Shown here piece after piece: positions 45,755-56,385 of a stretch of 64,000 nt of DNA. A program made the position numbers and the translations under genes. The notes under the pieces were generated by a model. That model saw only the letters and a program-made list of their open reading frames with translations, had not been told where the DNA came from and did not search any database. The stretch lies in contig JBAXAI010000018.1 in the NCBI GenBank assembly GCA_037142615.1, forward strand, positions 11,394 through 75,393. Direction: 5' to 3'. Numbering within the stretch: position 1 is the stretch's first letter; every line of letters starts with the position of its first letter. This DNA comes from Spirochaetales bacterium. Lineage in GTDB: Bacteria > Spirochaetota > Spirochaetia > JABEVK01.

Positions 45755-47347
45755 ATGGCCAAAACACCGTCCAAACCGACGTCTAGCAGCTCAAAAGGGG
45801 CTGTGGCCTCAGATCAACCTGCCAGCCTCCTCAACCGGATTTTGGCTCTGCTCGGCGTCGAGCCTGACCCGGACCGCGAGCGGAAAACCCTGCTCAAGGA
45901 ACTGAAGCTTACGCTCAAGAAAGCCAAGGGAAAGTTTTTTCAGCCCAACGGTGACCTCGTGGATACCGGGCTCGCCAGAGCCGTCCATGAAATGTACGCC
46001 GTCGTCGGGCCCGCCAACACGCTTTTGCAGAATGCCGCGAGTTCCAACGCGCTCAAGGCCATTTTCATCGAGCAAGTACTGAGCGAGGCCCAGCGCAATC
46101 TGCAGACCCAACTCAACGAAGAGCACATTCGCAGCGTCGCGCCGACGATGCCGGTCGATCAGTTGGTCTCGATGTTCAAAGAGATGCTGGCTGAGTTCTC
46201 GAGTGCGCTCGAGGCCGAAATGCAGCGCAAGATCGACACCCAGTACAACCTCTTCCTGATCTTTGTCGATTTTATTAGTTTCAACTATTATTTCATGCTC
46301 AAAAAGTTCGATTCGAGCCTTCCCGAGGGCGACTTCAGCTACCTGCCCCGTTTTGAAGCCATCAACGGAGAGTACGTGCTCGACGACCTCAAGGACTTCT
46401 TGACGGCCATCGCTGCGGTCAATCCTGCAGCCGAGTGGGACGCTCTGTTCGATGTTCTGAAGTCCTACAAGGGCATGGACGTGGTTTCGCGCGCCAACTG
46501 GAAGAAGATGATGGCCAACTTCGTCACCCTGAAGAAGTCGGGGATTCTGCTGCAACTTACCCAGTACCTTGGCGGTGACCCCTATTATAAGGTGAAGGCT
46601 TACGTACCGAGCGAACGCATCGTGGACCCCTACTTGAGCCATATCCGCAGCCAGGTCGAGTCGGTGTTGCAAAAGATCAGCCAGGAGAAGCGCAACGACA
46701 AGCTCACGGGGCTGGTTCAGCAGGTGTTCAATACCACCGGCATCAGCCGCACCAAGAACTACACCGAAAAGGCCAATCTCGGCTTTCAGAAGAAGCGCGT
46801 GCCCGGGTACTCGCTGGTCGAACCCGTGAATTATCTGAAGGCCTTCATGCTCGACTACTACAAGCGCGACATCCGCGAGCTGGTGAACCTGCTGCTGGTA
46901 AAGGGCCAATGGGTGAGCAATGCCCTGGCCCAGCCCATGTCGGACTCGTTTTACCACCTGATGGAACTGTCGGACCAGCTGACCGCTTTTGACGATGGGT
47001 TGGGCGATGACGCCGAACGGGGCAAAAAAATCAGCGTGCTGCTCGCCCGGGCCGACAAAGATCCGAACGCCGCGACGTCGCTGAAAGTGCAGGTGAAGGA
47101 AGTGAATGCCACGGCGAGGACCCTCATCGTGGAAAGTGCCACCCACCTGATTGTGATTGGCAAGCACCTCAAGATGGCCATCGATGACTATGCGAAGCCC
47201 AAGCCGGAGTTGGTGCTCAACTGGAAGCAGATCGAAGGCGGCACGCAGAACATCTTGCGGGATTGGCTGCCCACCACCTATAAACTCATCTACAACTTCG
47301 TTCAGCTGATGCAGTTCTTCGTCAAGGAACAAGCGCCCAAGGAATAG
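45755..47347 (+). CDS. Conserved spirochaete helical protein (DUF5312-like)
   Basis: FNYYFMLKKFDS, YLKAFMLDY, ELVLNWK; strong codon bias; GAGGA RBS. Confidence 0.75.
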   Translation: MAKTPSKPTSSSSKGAVASDQPASLLNRILALLGVEPDPDRERKTLLKELKLTLKKAKGKFFQPNGDLVDTGLARAVHEMYAVVGPANTLLQNAASSNALKAIFIEQVLSEAQRNLQTQLNEEHIRSVAPTMPVDQLVSMFKEMLAEFSSALEAEMQRKIDTQYNLFLIFVDFISFNYYFMLKKFDSSLPEGDFSYLPRFEAINGEYVLDDLKDFLTAIAAVNPAAEWDALFDVLKSYKGMDVVSRANWKKMMANFVTLKKSGILLQLTQYLGGDPYYKVKAYVPSERIVDPYLSHIRSQVESVLQKISQEKRNDKLTGLVQQVFNTTGISRTKNYTEKANLGFQKKRVPGYSLVEPVNYLKAFMLDYYKRDIRELVNLLLVKGQWVSNALAQPMSDSFYHLMELSDQLTAFDDGLGDDAERGKKISVLLARADKDPNAATSLKVQVKEVNATARTLIVESATHLIVIGKHLKMAIDDYAKPKPELVLNWKQIEGGTQNILRDWLPTTYKLIYNFVQLMQFFVKEQAPKE

Positions 47348-47353
47348 ACCACC

Positions 47354-48574
47354 ATGTCCATTCTCTTCATCGGGAGCGGTCCACACAATCTGACCGCGTT
47401 GACCTTCCTTTTGCAAGGACGCCCTGAACTCAAGGGCGAGGTGCGTGTGCTCGACCCTTCCGGAGCGTGGCTCAAGCGGTGGAACGCTCAGATGCGGGCC
47501 CAGGAAATCGTTCACTTGCGTTCGAGTTCGGTGCACCATCCTGACCCAGATCCACTCGCTCTGCGACGTTTTGCCAAGGGGCGCTACGACGAGTTCTACC
47601 CACCATATTTTTTGCCAGGCACCGAGTTGTTCGGGCAGTTCTGTGCCGATGTGATCGACCGGTTTGACGTTGGTTCACTGCCGGAAGAGGCCCGGGTGTT
47701 GCGCTTGGAAGCTCGTGAGGGGCGGTTGACGGCTCACTTGTCCGGGACCGAGGATTGCGCGCAGGGAGTGCTGAGTCCCCGCCACGTGGTTGTTTCGTTG
47801 GGCGGAGGGGAACGCAGGTACCCGGAGTTCTACCAGAAGTGGCTGGAAGGTTCGGGTGCTTTCCGCCTCGCTGGCGAGACGCCGCCCTTGCTTCACTCCG
47901 AAGAGGTCGACTTGACGGAACTCGGGGAGGGCGTGGGAAGAACTGTCCTCATCGTGGGAGCCGGACTCACCGCTGGCCACCTTGCCCTCGGGGCCCTGAA
48001 ACGCGGCTGGAAGGTGGCCCTGCTCGCCCGCCGACGGATCACGTACAAGCTCTTTGATTCGGCCCCCGGCTGGATTGGCCCCAAACACCTGGCGGGTTTT
48101 CTGCGCGAAAAGCGGTGGGAACGGCGTCGCCGGATGATTGCCAAGGCCCGCGGCGGGGGAGCGATGACCGAAGAGCTAAGGCAACAGTTGGCGCCCTTTC
48201 TCGCGGGTGGGCAACTCAAGCTGAAGCCAAGGTGCGAAGTTCGTTCGCTCAGCGTGGTGGACGACCGGTGGAGGGCCGACTGCGGCTGGGGCAGGTTTCT
48301 GTTGGCCGACCAAGTCTGGATGTGTACCGGCAGCAAGCTTGATCTGAAGACGCATCCGCTGTTCCGAGATTTGTGGAAGACCCACCCGCTGCAGCTGTAC
48401 GATGGGTTGCCCGTGCTCGACTCGGGCTGCCGCTGGCCCGGATTGCCGCTGTACCTGTTGGGCCTGCCTGCGGGACTTTCGGTGGGGCCCACCGCGCGAA
48501 ACTTTCCCGGCGCCCGCAAAGCGGCCAGTTTGGTGGCTGAGGCCATCGGCGGCGTCCGCGTGGGTCCGACATGA
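47354..48574 (+). CDS. FAD/NAD(P)-binding oxidoreductase (lysine/ornithine N-monooxygenase-like)
   Basis: IGSGP, HLRS, LHS, VGAGLTA, CTG, GPTARNFPGAR. Confidence 0.8.
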   Translation: MSILFIGSGPHNLTALTFLLQGRPELKGEVRVLDPSGAWLKRWNAQMRAQEIVHLRSSSVHHPDPDPLALRRFAKGRYDEFYPPYFLPGTELFGQFCADVIDRFDVGSLPEEARVLRLEAREGRLTAHLSGTEDCAQGVLSPRHVVVSLGGGERRYPEFYQKWLEGSGAFRLAGETPPLLHSEEVDLTELGEGVGRTVLIVGAGLTAGHLALGALKRGWKVALLARRRITYKLFDSAPGWIGPKHLAGFLREKRWERRRRMIAKARGGGAMTEELRQQLAPFLAGGQLKLKPRCEVRSLSVVDDRWRADCGWGRFLLADQVWMCTGSKLDLKTHPLFRDLWKTHPLQLYDGLPVLDSGCRWPGLPLYLLGLPAGLSVGPTARNFPGARKAASLVAEAIGGVRVGPT

Positions 48575-49599
48575 AGCCTCCGTTGCCGCGTCCGGGCGCG
48601 ACCCTGGCCTTGCTGAGTCCCTCGTGGGGTGGGCCTGCAGCCTATCCAGCCGTGTTCGAGGCCGGGAAGACCCTGCTGTCGCAAGCGTTTGGCTTTCGGC
48701 TCAAGGAGTTTCCCACCACCCGCTGGACCGCTGCCGAGCTCGACCGCGACCCTCGGGCTCGCGCTGCCGACTTCAACGCCGCGTTTGCCGACCCGGAAGT
48801 CGAGGGGATCATCGCCTCGATCGGAGGGAGCGACGCGGTGCGTCTGTTGCCCTACCTTGACGCCGACCTGGTGCGCCGACACCCCAAGATGGTCCTCGGG
48901 TACTCCGACGCCACAGCCTATTTGACTTGGCTCAGTCTCAACGGCGTTTGCAGCTACTATGGCAACACAGTGATGTCCGGCTGGCCACAGATGGCCAGCT
49001 TCCCACCGGCCATGGACTGGCACCGGGCCTTTTTTGCCGGCGAACTCCCGCCCTTGGAGCCTTTTCCGCTCTGGACCAACGGTTACCGCGACTGGAACAC
49101 CAGTTCGCGCGAGATTCTGGAGCCACAGGCCAACCCGGGCTTCACCTGGCTCGGTGGCAAAGCGGTGACCCGGGGCCGGTTGTGGGGCGGCTGCTTCGAA
49201 GTCCTCGAAATGCTCAAAGGCACGCGCTGGTGGCCCGGGCCGGACTTCTGGAACCAGCGGGTTCTGTTTCTTGAGACCAGCGAGGAGAAGCCGCTTCCCC
49301 GGCAGGTGATGTACTGGCTGAGGAACTACGGCGCGATGGGCGTCTTTTCGAGCTTGTCGGCGCTGTGGGTGGGGCGGCCCAAGGACTACACCGAGGCCGA
49401 ACGGGCCGAACTCCTGCGGGTTGTCGCGGGAGTCGTCGGTGAGGAATGGGGCGCGACCGAGTTGCCCCTCGTGATGGACCTCGACTTCGGCCACACCGAT
49501 CCCCGGTGGGTCCTCCCACTCGGCATCGAGGTCGAGACGGACCCGGTGGCGAAGAGGCTTCGGTTCACGGAGCCGTTGTTCGCCGATCCACGTCCATGA
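48571..49599 (+). CDS. S66 family peptidase (LD-carboxypeptidase/MccF-like)
   Basis: SIGG.D, GYSDAT (Ser), FLETSE (Glu), DFGHTDP (His); ATGA overlap. Confidence 0.92.
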   Translation: MKPPLPRPGATLALLSPSWGGPAAYPAVFEAGKTLLSQAFGFRLKEFPTTRWTAAELDRDPRARAADFNAAFADPEVEGIIASIGGSDAVRLLPYLDADLVRRHPKMVLGYSDATAYLTWLSLNGVCSYYGNTVMSGWPQMASFPPAMDWHRAFFAGELPPLEPFPLWTNGYRDWNTSSREILEPQANPGFTWLGGKAVTRGRLWGGCFEVLEMLKGTRWWPGPDFWNQRVLFLETSEEKPLPRQVMYWLRNYGAMGVFSSLSALWVGRPKDYTEAERAELLRVVAGVVGEEWGATELPLVMDLDFGHTDPRWVLPLGIEVETDPVAKRLRFTEPLFADPRP

Positions 49600-50896
49600 T
49601 GGCGTAGACCAGCGCTTCGACCCCCGCCAGCGCGTGCGTTCCCGAGGCCAGCGTGAGCGCTCTCACCGGGGCCCGAGGATCGGCCGCGAGCATAGCGGCC
49701 AGCGAGGCCTTGGCATTTTCGGGCGACACCAGCAAATCGGCCGGCGACGCAGCCAGGGTGACCCGGACCGACGTGGGAGCTACCCAGGTATCGAGCCTGG
49801 CTTCTTGCTGAAGGCGGTAGTACGGCAACGACATCGGGTCGGTGCCGAGCTTTTGCAGGTAATCGGCCCGGAACACATCGGCCGACGCAACGGTTCCGAC
49901 AGGCTTGCCGACGAGCTTGGTCACCGCGGCCTGCACTTGCTCGCGCGAATGTTCGCCGTCGAGCAGGGGCACGATGTTCTGAACGATCTCGGGGCGGAAA
50001 ATCTCTTCAGGACGCACCAGGTCGGGGTAGGCCCTGGCCCAGCCCAACGCCAGCAGAAGGGTGTAGTGCGGATGGGTCAGAACTTGCTTTCCGCTGGCCA
50101 CGTTTTCGACCCCCAGAGTCAGGTTCAGCGGCGCACCCAGCGGGTAGGCGTCGGTCAGCGTCAGGCCGGGAGTCGCCGCGGGGTTTTCGCTCCAGGCCTT
50201 CAGCGTCGCCATGGTGGCCAGCCCGCCTTCGGAGTAACCCAGAACCCGAAGCCGGCCCGACTCGGTGTCGCCGGTGTTCTGCTTCACCCAGGCGCGCGCG
50301 GCCTCGAGTCCGTCGAGCGACGATGCGGCCAAACTGGGCGTCAGGCAATAGTGCTGTTGCCCGGGGCTGTCGCCGACGCCACCGTAGTCGGGCATCCAGA
50401 CCGCGTGGTTCAAACTGGCCAACAGCCAGCCCAGTTCGATTTCGTCGTTGGCCAGCCGCGAGGGCTGGGTTGCACGCTGCAACTCGCTGCCCCGGTCGTA
50501 AATGACCCAATCCAGCGGCGTTGGGCCGGAACTCGGCGTGGGCAACAACAGAAGTCCCGACTGCAGATCAGGCTCACCCTGGGGCGTCAAGGCCACAAAA
50601 CGGAGCCGAACCGCCCGCACCGGCACGCGGTTGTTGAGCCGGGAATCGCGCCAGGCGTCGAGGCCCTCGGCGGCCAGCATCGAGGTGTTGATCTGCAAGC
50701 CGAGGGTCCAGCTGCTCAGCAGGTTGAGCAGTTGCCCCGCCTCTGGGCCCGAGCGTCGTTCGAGGTCTGTCCCCTCGAGCAGCGTTCCGGGGACGGCTTG
50801 GGCGGGGAGGGCAGGCGGTGGGGTCCAGGGGACTTTGTTCATCGTGACGCACGAGGCGAGAAGCAGGGGAGCGAGCAGAATCGGCAGGGTCTTCAT
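49565..50896 (-). CDS. Secreted lipase-like alpha/beta hydrolase lipoprotein
   Basis: Lipobox LASC; MPDYGG, GYSEGG nucleophile elbow, D and H near the C-terminus. Confidence 0.82.
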   Translation of the reverse strand: MKTLPILLAPLLLASCVTMNKVPWTPPPALPAQAVPGTLLEGTDLERRSGPEAGQLLNLLSSWTLGLQINTSMLAAEGLDAWRDSRLNNRVPVRAVRLRFVALTPQGEPDLQSGLLLLPTPSSGPTPLDWVIYDRGSELQRATQPSRLANDEIELGWLLASLNHAVWMPDYGGVGDSPGQQHYCLTPSLAASSLDGLEAARAWVKQNTGDTESGRLRVLGYSEGGLATMATLKAWSENPAATPGLTLTDAYPLGAPLNLTLGVENVASGKQVLTHPHYTLLLALGWARAYPDLVRPEEIFRPEIVQNIVPLLDGEHSREQVQAAVTKLVGKPVGTVASADVFRADYLQKLGTDPMSLPYYRLQQEARLDTWVAPTSVRVTLAASPADLLVSPENAKASLAAMLAADPRAPVRALTLASGTHALAGVEALVYAIMDVDRRTTAP

Positions 50897-50935
50897 GTTT
50901 CCTAATTTACCCGAAATCCGCTACACTCGGCCATC

Positions 50936-52315
50936 ATGCAGGATTTGAAATACGACACGGACGACCGCATTGTCGCCTTGGCAACCCCTTGGGCTCCCTC
51001 AGCCCTTGCCGTCATCCGCGTTTCCGGACCCGGCTGCATTGAGGCTGTGGCGACCTGTTTTTCGCGTCCGGCGAAGCTGACTTCGGCCCCCGGCAACTCC
51101 GTGGTTTTGGGGAACTTGATCGACAGCCGCGGGCAAGTCCTCGACGAGGTGCTGGCCACCGTGTTCCGAGCCCCGCGAAGTTACACCGGTCAGGACAGCG
51201 TGGAACTCAGCTGCCACGGCAGCCTTCCGGGGTTGGCGCGCATAGTGGCCGCGTTGACGGGCGAGGGCGGGGCAAAAGGCCCCTTCCGACCCGCGGGTCC
51301 GGGCGAGTTCACCCTGCGGGCGTTTTTGAACGGCAAGCTCGACCTGACGCGGGCCGAGGCTGTGCAAGAACTCGTGGCGGCGAGGACGCAAACGGCGCAA
51401 ACCCTGGCCCTGCATCGACTTTCGGGCTCGGTGGAGGGGCGGATCCGGGAACTGACCCGGCGGTTGCTCGACCTGACCGCCCTTTTGAACATCCAGCTGG
51501 ACTACGCCGAAGACGACGTGGAAACCACGCCCGTTCCGTTTGCCCTGCTCGACGCGGTCAAGGCCGAACTGGTGAACTTGGCGGCGACGTTCCGCACAGG
51601 CCAGGTGTATCAGGAAGGCATCCGCCTCGTGCTGGCCGGCCGCACCAACGCGGGCAAATCGAGCCTGTTCAACCTTTTCTTGAAAGAAGACCGCTCCATC
51701 GTGAGCGACGAGCATGGCACCACGCGCGACTGGCTGGAAAGCTGGGTGAGCTTGGGTGGCATACCGGTGCGCCTGTTCGACACCGCCGGCCTGCGGGAGT
51801 CCGACAGCGCGGTGGAGCGCGAAGGCATCCGCCGTACCCGCGAGATTCTCGACGCCGCCGACGTGATTTTGTACCTGATTGCCGGTGACGTCGGGCCCGA
51901 CGCCGAGGACCTGGCCTTCCTGCGTGAGGCCCAGGACGGGCGCCTGTTGGTGGTGTTCACCAAGGCGGACCTCGCGACCCTGGGATCAGACTTGGGCCTG
52001 CCTTCGCTGGCGCTCTCGAGCAAAACCGGCGAAGGCTTCGATGCCCTGGAAGACGCGGTGAAGGCCTTGGTCCCGGGCGCCAACAGGGTGGGCAGCGACG
52101 AACCGGTGATCGATTCGCTGCGCCAAAAGAACCTGCTGGACCGCGCCATCGCCGCGCTCGACCAAGTGAAAACAGGGACAGACCTCGGGGTGCCCCTCGA
52201 CTTGATTGCCCTCGACGTCAAGGACGCGCTCGATGCTTTGGGTGAGATCACGGGCGAAGTGACCACCGCCGACGTTCTCGACCACATGTTCAGCCGCTTT
52301 TGCGTGGGAAAATAG
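50936..52315 (+). CDS. mnmE: tRNA modification GTPase
   Basis: IVALATP, SYTGQD..CHG, GRTNAGKSSL, GTTRD, DTAG, FSRFCVGK. Confidence 0.97.
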   Translation: MQDLKYDTDDRIVALATPWAPSALAVIRVSGPGCIEAVATCFSRPAKLTSAPGNSVVLGNLIDSRGQVLDEVLATVFRAPRSYTGQDSVELSCHGSLPGLARIVAALTGEGGAKGPFRPAGPGEFTLRAFLNGKLDLTRAEAVQELVAARTQTAQTLALHRLSGSVEGRIRELTRRLLDLTALLNIQLDYAEDDVETTPVPFALLDAVKAELVNLAATFRTGQVYQEGIRLVLAGRTNAGKSSLFNLFLKEDRSIVSDEHGTTRDWLESWVSLGGIPVRLFDTAGLRESDSAVEREGIRRTREILDAADVILYLIAGDVGPDAEDLAFLREAQDGRLLVVFTKADLATLGSDLGLPSLALSSKTGEGFDALEDAVKALVPGANRVGSDEPVIDSLRQKNLLDRAIAALDQVKTGTDLGVPLDLIALDVKDALDALGEITGEVTTADVLDHMFSRFCVGK

Positions 52316-52323
52316 GAGTTGCC

Positions 52324-53655
52324 ATGAAGAAACTTTCGGGCGCGGATGGCTTGCGGGCGCTGGCCTGCTTGATGGTGATCGCCCACCACCTGGGCCAGCG
52401 GCTGAACTTTCAGCACCCCGGCGACGACTGGGCCTTTTGGGGCGGCATGGTCCAGACGGGAGCAGCCGGGGTGGCGGTCTTTTTTGTGCTCAGCGGCTTT
52501 TTGCTTTCGGCACCCTTCTGGCGGGCCTACGCCACGGGCGCCGCGCTGCCGAGTTTGCGCCAATACACCGTTCGCCGGGCGGGCCGAATCATGCCGGCGT
52601 TCTACGTGATCCTTCTGGTGAGCTACCTCGCCAGCGTGGCGTTCTTGCCAGGCGAGCCGGCCCTTTTTTGGCGCTACCTGGCGGGTTTGACCTTCACGTC
52701 GGGTTTTCATTGGGCGACGCTGTTTCCGACCGGCATCACCGGGCCGTTGTGGTCGGTTGGCTTTGAAGTCGTCTCGTACGCGCTGTTGCCGCTAGCCATG
52801 GTGGGACTTTTCGCGGTGGCGGGCCAGACGAGGGGGCGTCCCCGGGCTCTGGGGTGGTGGCTCCTGGTCCTGGTGGCCGTTTTTGGGGTCAATCAGCTGC
52901 TACTCGACGCTCTTCGCAGCAACGCGTTGGGCAACGGCTGGCAGTATGGCCTGGTCGGCGGCGCCAAATACTGGATGCCGCGCTACAACCCGGTGGGGTT
53001 CTTTGCCCAGTTCTCGATGGGCATTCTGGGCTGTGGCCTGGCGACCGTCTGGTCACGCGACGAACGGTTCGCTCTCTGGAAGCGCCGGGGGGTCTTTGAC
53101 GCGCTGGCCGTCCTGTTGTTGCTGGGCTTCCTCGCAATTCTTGTGAGCCAGGGCGGAGCCCGTGACTTCTCGTTGTCGTTTCAGCACCAGCCGTACTACT
53201 TTCCGCTGTTCGCCGGGACGACCGGCTTGCTTCTGGCCTGCCTGACCCAGAGCCGCTGGCTGGGGAAGGCCTTCGACAACCCGGTTTCGCGCTACGTGGC
53301 CCAAGTGTCGTACGGGCTTTACCTGTGGCACTTTTTTGTCATCGAGGTGCTCAGCGCTACGGTCTTCCCGCATTTGACCCACGGTGGAATGCCCAACCTG
53401 ACCGAGTGGCTGGTGGCCTCGGCCGTCGTGCTCGTGGTTTCGTTCGCTTTGGCGACGGCGTCGTGGTACTTGCTGGAGCGCCCCTTGCTGCGGGCCGCCC
53501 AAGCCTGGCACCCCCGCGCGGCAGGAACTCCCTACCGGCCCGGTTGGCGCACCACGACGATGGTGGCCGTCGCCGTGGCACTGGTCGCCGTACCAACGGC
53601 TGTGGCGCTGGCCAACCCGTTTACGCTGGAGTTCCCTTCGCCGTGGTTCAGTTGA
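52324..53655 (+). CDS. Acyltransferase-3 (OafA-like) membrane O-acyltransferase
   Basis: DGLRALA, FFVLSGFL, RRAGRIMPAF, LWSVGFE, SYGLYLWH, LERP; AGGAG RBS. Confidence 0.9.
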   Translation: MKKLSGADGLRALACLMVIAHHLGQRLNFQHPGDDWAFWGGMVQTGAAGVAVFFVLSGFLLSAPFWRAYATGAALPSLRQYTVRRAGRIMPAFYVILLVSYLASVAFLPGEPALFWRYLAGLTFTSGFHWATLFPTGITGPLWSVGFEVVSYALLPLAMVGLFAVAGQTRGRPRALGWWLLVLVAVFGVNQLLLDALRSNALGNGWQYGLVGGAKYWMPRYNPVGFFAQFSMGILGCGLATVWSRDERFALWKRRGVFDALAVLLLLGFLAILVSQGGARDFSLSFQHQPYYFPLFAGTTGLLLACLTQSRWLGKAFDNPVSRYVAQVSYGLYLWHFFVIEVLSATVFPHLTHGGMPNLTEWLVASAVVLVVSFALATASWYLLERPLLRAAQAWHPRAAGTPYRPGWRTTTMVAVAVALVAVPTAVALANPFTLEFPSPWFS

Positions 53656-53707
53656 CGCTCACACCACCGTGATCACGGGCCGGCCAGCGACAATCGTTCA
53701 AAAACGT

Positions 53708-53821
53708 GAGCTCGGAGCCTTCTGGTTTCGAGTTCCGGCCTGATTTTCTCCTCCAGCAGAACCTGGGGTTCTCTGTTGTTCACTATAGGAGACGCAGGAA
53801 CTTCCGTTTGGTTGGTAGCTC
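53708..53821. other. Long rod-like intergenic hairpin, possible ncRNA or miniature element
   Basis: Nested stems GAGCT/AGCTC, AGTTCC/GGAACT, TCTCCT/AGGAGA, AGAACC/GGTTCT. Confidence 0.4.
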
Positions 53822-53825
53822 GATC

Positions 53826-53854
53826 TTGCACCCGCGCCCTCGCCCGCTTAGGCT
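53826..53854 (+). promoter_or_regulatory. Putative sigma70 promoter of the deoxynucleoside kinase gene (leaderless)
   Basis: TTGCAC-17-TAGGCT-7 nt-GTG. Confidence 0.6.
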
Positions 53855-53861
53855 TGGGAGG

Positions 53862-54503
53862 GTGAAGCGCTACCTTGTCCTCGCCGGTAACATCGGAGTC
53901 GGCAAATCTACCCTTGTCGAACTACTCTGCCAACGTTTAGGCTGGACTCCCTACTACGAGCCTGTGGCCGAAAACCCCTACCTCAAGGACTTCTATGCCG
54001 ACATGGAGCGCTGGGGTTTTCACAGTCAGGCGTTCTTCTTGATGCATCGCGCACGCAGTCACCGAGGTCTGTCGCTCGAGCCGGGGAGTGTGGTTCAGGA
54101 TCGTTCGATGTACGAGGACTGCGAGGTGTTCGCCCGCAATCTTTTCATGCAGGGCCAACTTTCCTCACGGGACTACCAAGTGTACCGGGACCTTTATCAG
54201 GTCTTCGTGTCGCTCCTGCCTCACCCCGACTTGGTGGTGTACCTGCGCGCCTCGGTGCCCACGTTGCGTCGGCGTATCGCCCTGCGGGCCCGCGCCTACG
54301 AGCAGGAAATTCCCGAGGCCTACCTGCAAGGCCTGAACTTGCTCTATGAAGATTGGATCGGGAGCTTCCAGTTGGCACCCGTGCTGGCCGTTGAGACCGA
54401 CGAATTGGACATCCCGGGGCACCCCGACCACCTCGACGCGGTGGTTACCCGCATCGAGACCGCCCTTCGCGAAGGCCAGGAACTGCTGGACTTCCCAACC
54501 TGA
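53862..54503 (+). CDS. Deoxynucleoside kinase (dAK/dGK family)
   Basis: [41 protein letters not shown]. Confidence 0.93.
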   Translation: MKRYLVLAGNIGVGKSTLVELLCQRLGWTPYYEPVAENPYLKDFYADMERWGFHSQAFFLMHRARSHRGLSLEPGSVVQDRSMYEDCEVFARNLFMQGQLSSRDYQVYRDLYQVFVSLLPHPDLVVYLRASVPTLRRRIALRARAYEQEIPEAYLQGLNLLYEDWIGSFQLAPVLAVETDELDIPGHPDHLDAVVTRIETALREGQELLDFPT

Positions 54504-54528
54504 CCACAAAAGTCCTATATTCCCGTTC

Positions 54529-56385
54529 ATGGGAACTTCTGCCGATTTTGACGCAATTGTCGTAGGGGGCGGGCACGCTGGAATCGAAGCTGGACTAGCT
54601 CTCGCCCGCTTGGGGCACCGCACCTTGCTGGTCACACAGTCGCTCGACACCATTGGCCGCATGAGTTGCAACCCGGCCGTGGGTGGCCTCGCCAAGGGCA
54701 ACATGGTGCGCGAGATCGACGCGCTCGGGGGCGAGATGGGGCGCCTGATCGACGCCACCATGATCCAGTTCCGCGTGCTCAACCGCTCGCGCGGGCCGGC
54801 TGTTCAGGCGCCGCGGGCCCAGGCCGACAAGTTTGCCTACGCCGCCCTCGCCAAGAAGACGCTCGAACTGACACCCAACCTGACTCTGTTCATGGACACG
54901 GTGGTTGATTTTCTGCTCGACACGCGCGGAACCACGGTCACCGGCGTGGTCACCGAACGAGGCAAACGCTTTACTGCCAAAGTCGTTGTGCTCACCACCG
55001 GCACCTTCCTCGCGGGCAAAATCTTCATCGGGGAATACACCGCACCCGGCGGCCGCCTGAGCGAGCCGGCTGCCTTTGGCCTCGACCGTGTGCTGCGCGA
55101 AAAGGGCTTCTCGGTGGGTCGTCTCAAAACAGGCACGCCGGCCCGTGTGGCCAAATCGAGCCTCGACTTCGGCCAGATGGAAGAGCAGTTTGGCGACGAC
55201 GAGATCATCCCCTTCAGCTTCGGCAAGCTCGCCATCGACCGCAAACAGCTCAGTTGCTATATCACCTACACCAACGACGCGACGCATCAGGTGCTCCGCG
55301 ACAACCTGCACCGGTCGCCCCTCTACAGCGGAAAAATCGTCGGCAACGGACCCCGCTACTGCCCCAGCATCGAAGACAAAGTGGTCAAGTTTCCCGACCG
55401 CGACCGCCACCAGGTGTTCATCGAGCCCGAAGGCGCCGACACCGAAGAGATGTACCTCAATGGTATTTCGAGTTCGATGCCCGAAGATGTGCAGGAAGCC
55501 TACATCCACACCATCCCCGGCCTGCAGAACGCCGTCATCCTGCGCCCCGGCTACGCTGTGGAGTACGACTACATGGATCCCAGCCAGCTGTTCCCCAGCC
55601 TGGAAAGCAAGCGCCTCGCCGGACTTTTCGTCGCCGGCCAGACCAACGGCACTTCGGGCTACGAAGAGGCCGCGGCCCAGGGACTCATGGCTGGTATCAA
55701 CGCGGCGATGAAGTTGCAAGGCGGCAAGCCAATGGTGTTGGGCCGCACCGAGGCCTACATCGGCGTGCTCATCGACGACTTGGTAACTCTCGGTACGGAA
55801 GAGCCTTATCGCATGTTCACCAGCCGCGCCGAACACCGCCTGAGCTTGCGCCACGACAGCTGCGACCGCCGTTTGACCCAGAAAGGCTACGGCATCGGGC
55901 TGGTGGGCGAACAGCAGTGGCAGCTGTTCCAGACCAAGAGCGCCGCCATCGAGGCGATCAAAGAGTTGCTGCGAACCCGCAAAGTCACCGGAACCGAGTC
56001 ACTGACGAAAGTGGAACTCGCAAACCATGCGGGCCAGAGCTTCTACCAGACGCTCAAGGACCCCACCCTCAGCATCGAGGACCTCAACACGTTGGAGCCC
56101 ACGATCGCGCTGGGCCAGCCCCTCGAGTGGGTCCGCCTGGCCGAGCTCGACATCAAGTACGAAGGCTACATCGCCCGTCAGGACCACCAGGTGGCCAAGG
56201 CCGAGCGCATGGAAGAGCTCGAGATTCCCGAGGGGTTTGACTTCGACGCGCTGCCAGGAATCAGCACCGAGAGCCGTCAGAAGTTCAAAAAGATTCTGCC
56301 GCGTTCGGTGGGGCAAGCAGGGCGCATCAGCGGGGTGCGCACCAGCGACTTGGCCATCTTGATGATGGCAGTGAGCCGCCGATGA
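54529..56385 (+). CDS. mnmG: tRNA uridine-5-carboxymethylaminomethyl modification enzyme
   Basis: [62 protein letters not shown]. Confidence 0.98.
   Translation: MGTSADFDAIVVGGGHAGIEAGLALARLGHRTLLVTQSLDTIGRMSCNPAVGGLAKGNMVREIDALGGEMGRLIDATMIQFRVLNRSRGPAVQAPRAQADKFAYAALAKKTLELTPNLTLFMDTVVDFLLDTRGTTVTGVVTERGKRFTAKVVVLTTGTFLAGKIFIGEYTAPGGRLSEPAAFGLDRVLREKGFSVGRLKTGTPARVAKSSLDFGQMEEQFGDDEIIPFSFGKLAIDRKQLSCYITYTNDATHQVLRDNLHRSPLYSGKIVGNGPRYCPSIEDKVVKFPDRDRHQVFIEPEGADTEEMYLNGISSSMPEDVQEAYIHTIPGLQNAVILRPGYAVEYDYMDPSQLFPSLESKRLAGLFVAGQTNGTSGYEEAAAQGLMAGINAAMKLQGGKPMVLGRTEAYIGVLIDDLVTLGTEEPYRMFTSRAEHRLSLRHDSCDRRLTQKGYGIGLVGEQQWQLFQTKSAAIEAIKELLRTRKVTGTESLTKVELANHAGQSFYQTLKDPTLSIEDLNTLEPTIALGQPLEWVRLAELDIKYEGYIARQDHQVAKAERMEELEIPEGFDFDALPGISTESRQKFKKILPRSVGQAGRISGVRTSDLAILMMAVSRR

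Noticed and set aside
53779-53792. T7-promoter-like CACTATAGGAGA
   Set aside because: Upstream TAATACGACT is absent; chance match
53708-53821. Purine riboswitch, SRP RNA or 6S RNA
   Set aside because: No purine aptamer core and no SRP GGAA-loop/AGCAG motif; short for 6S, and the GAACC/GGTTC helix is apical
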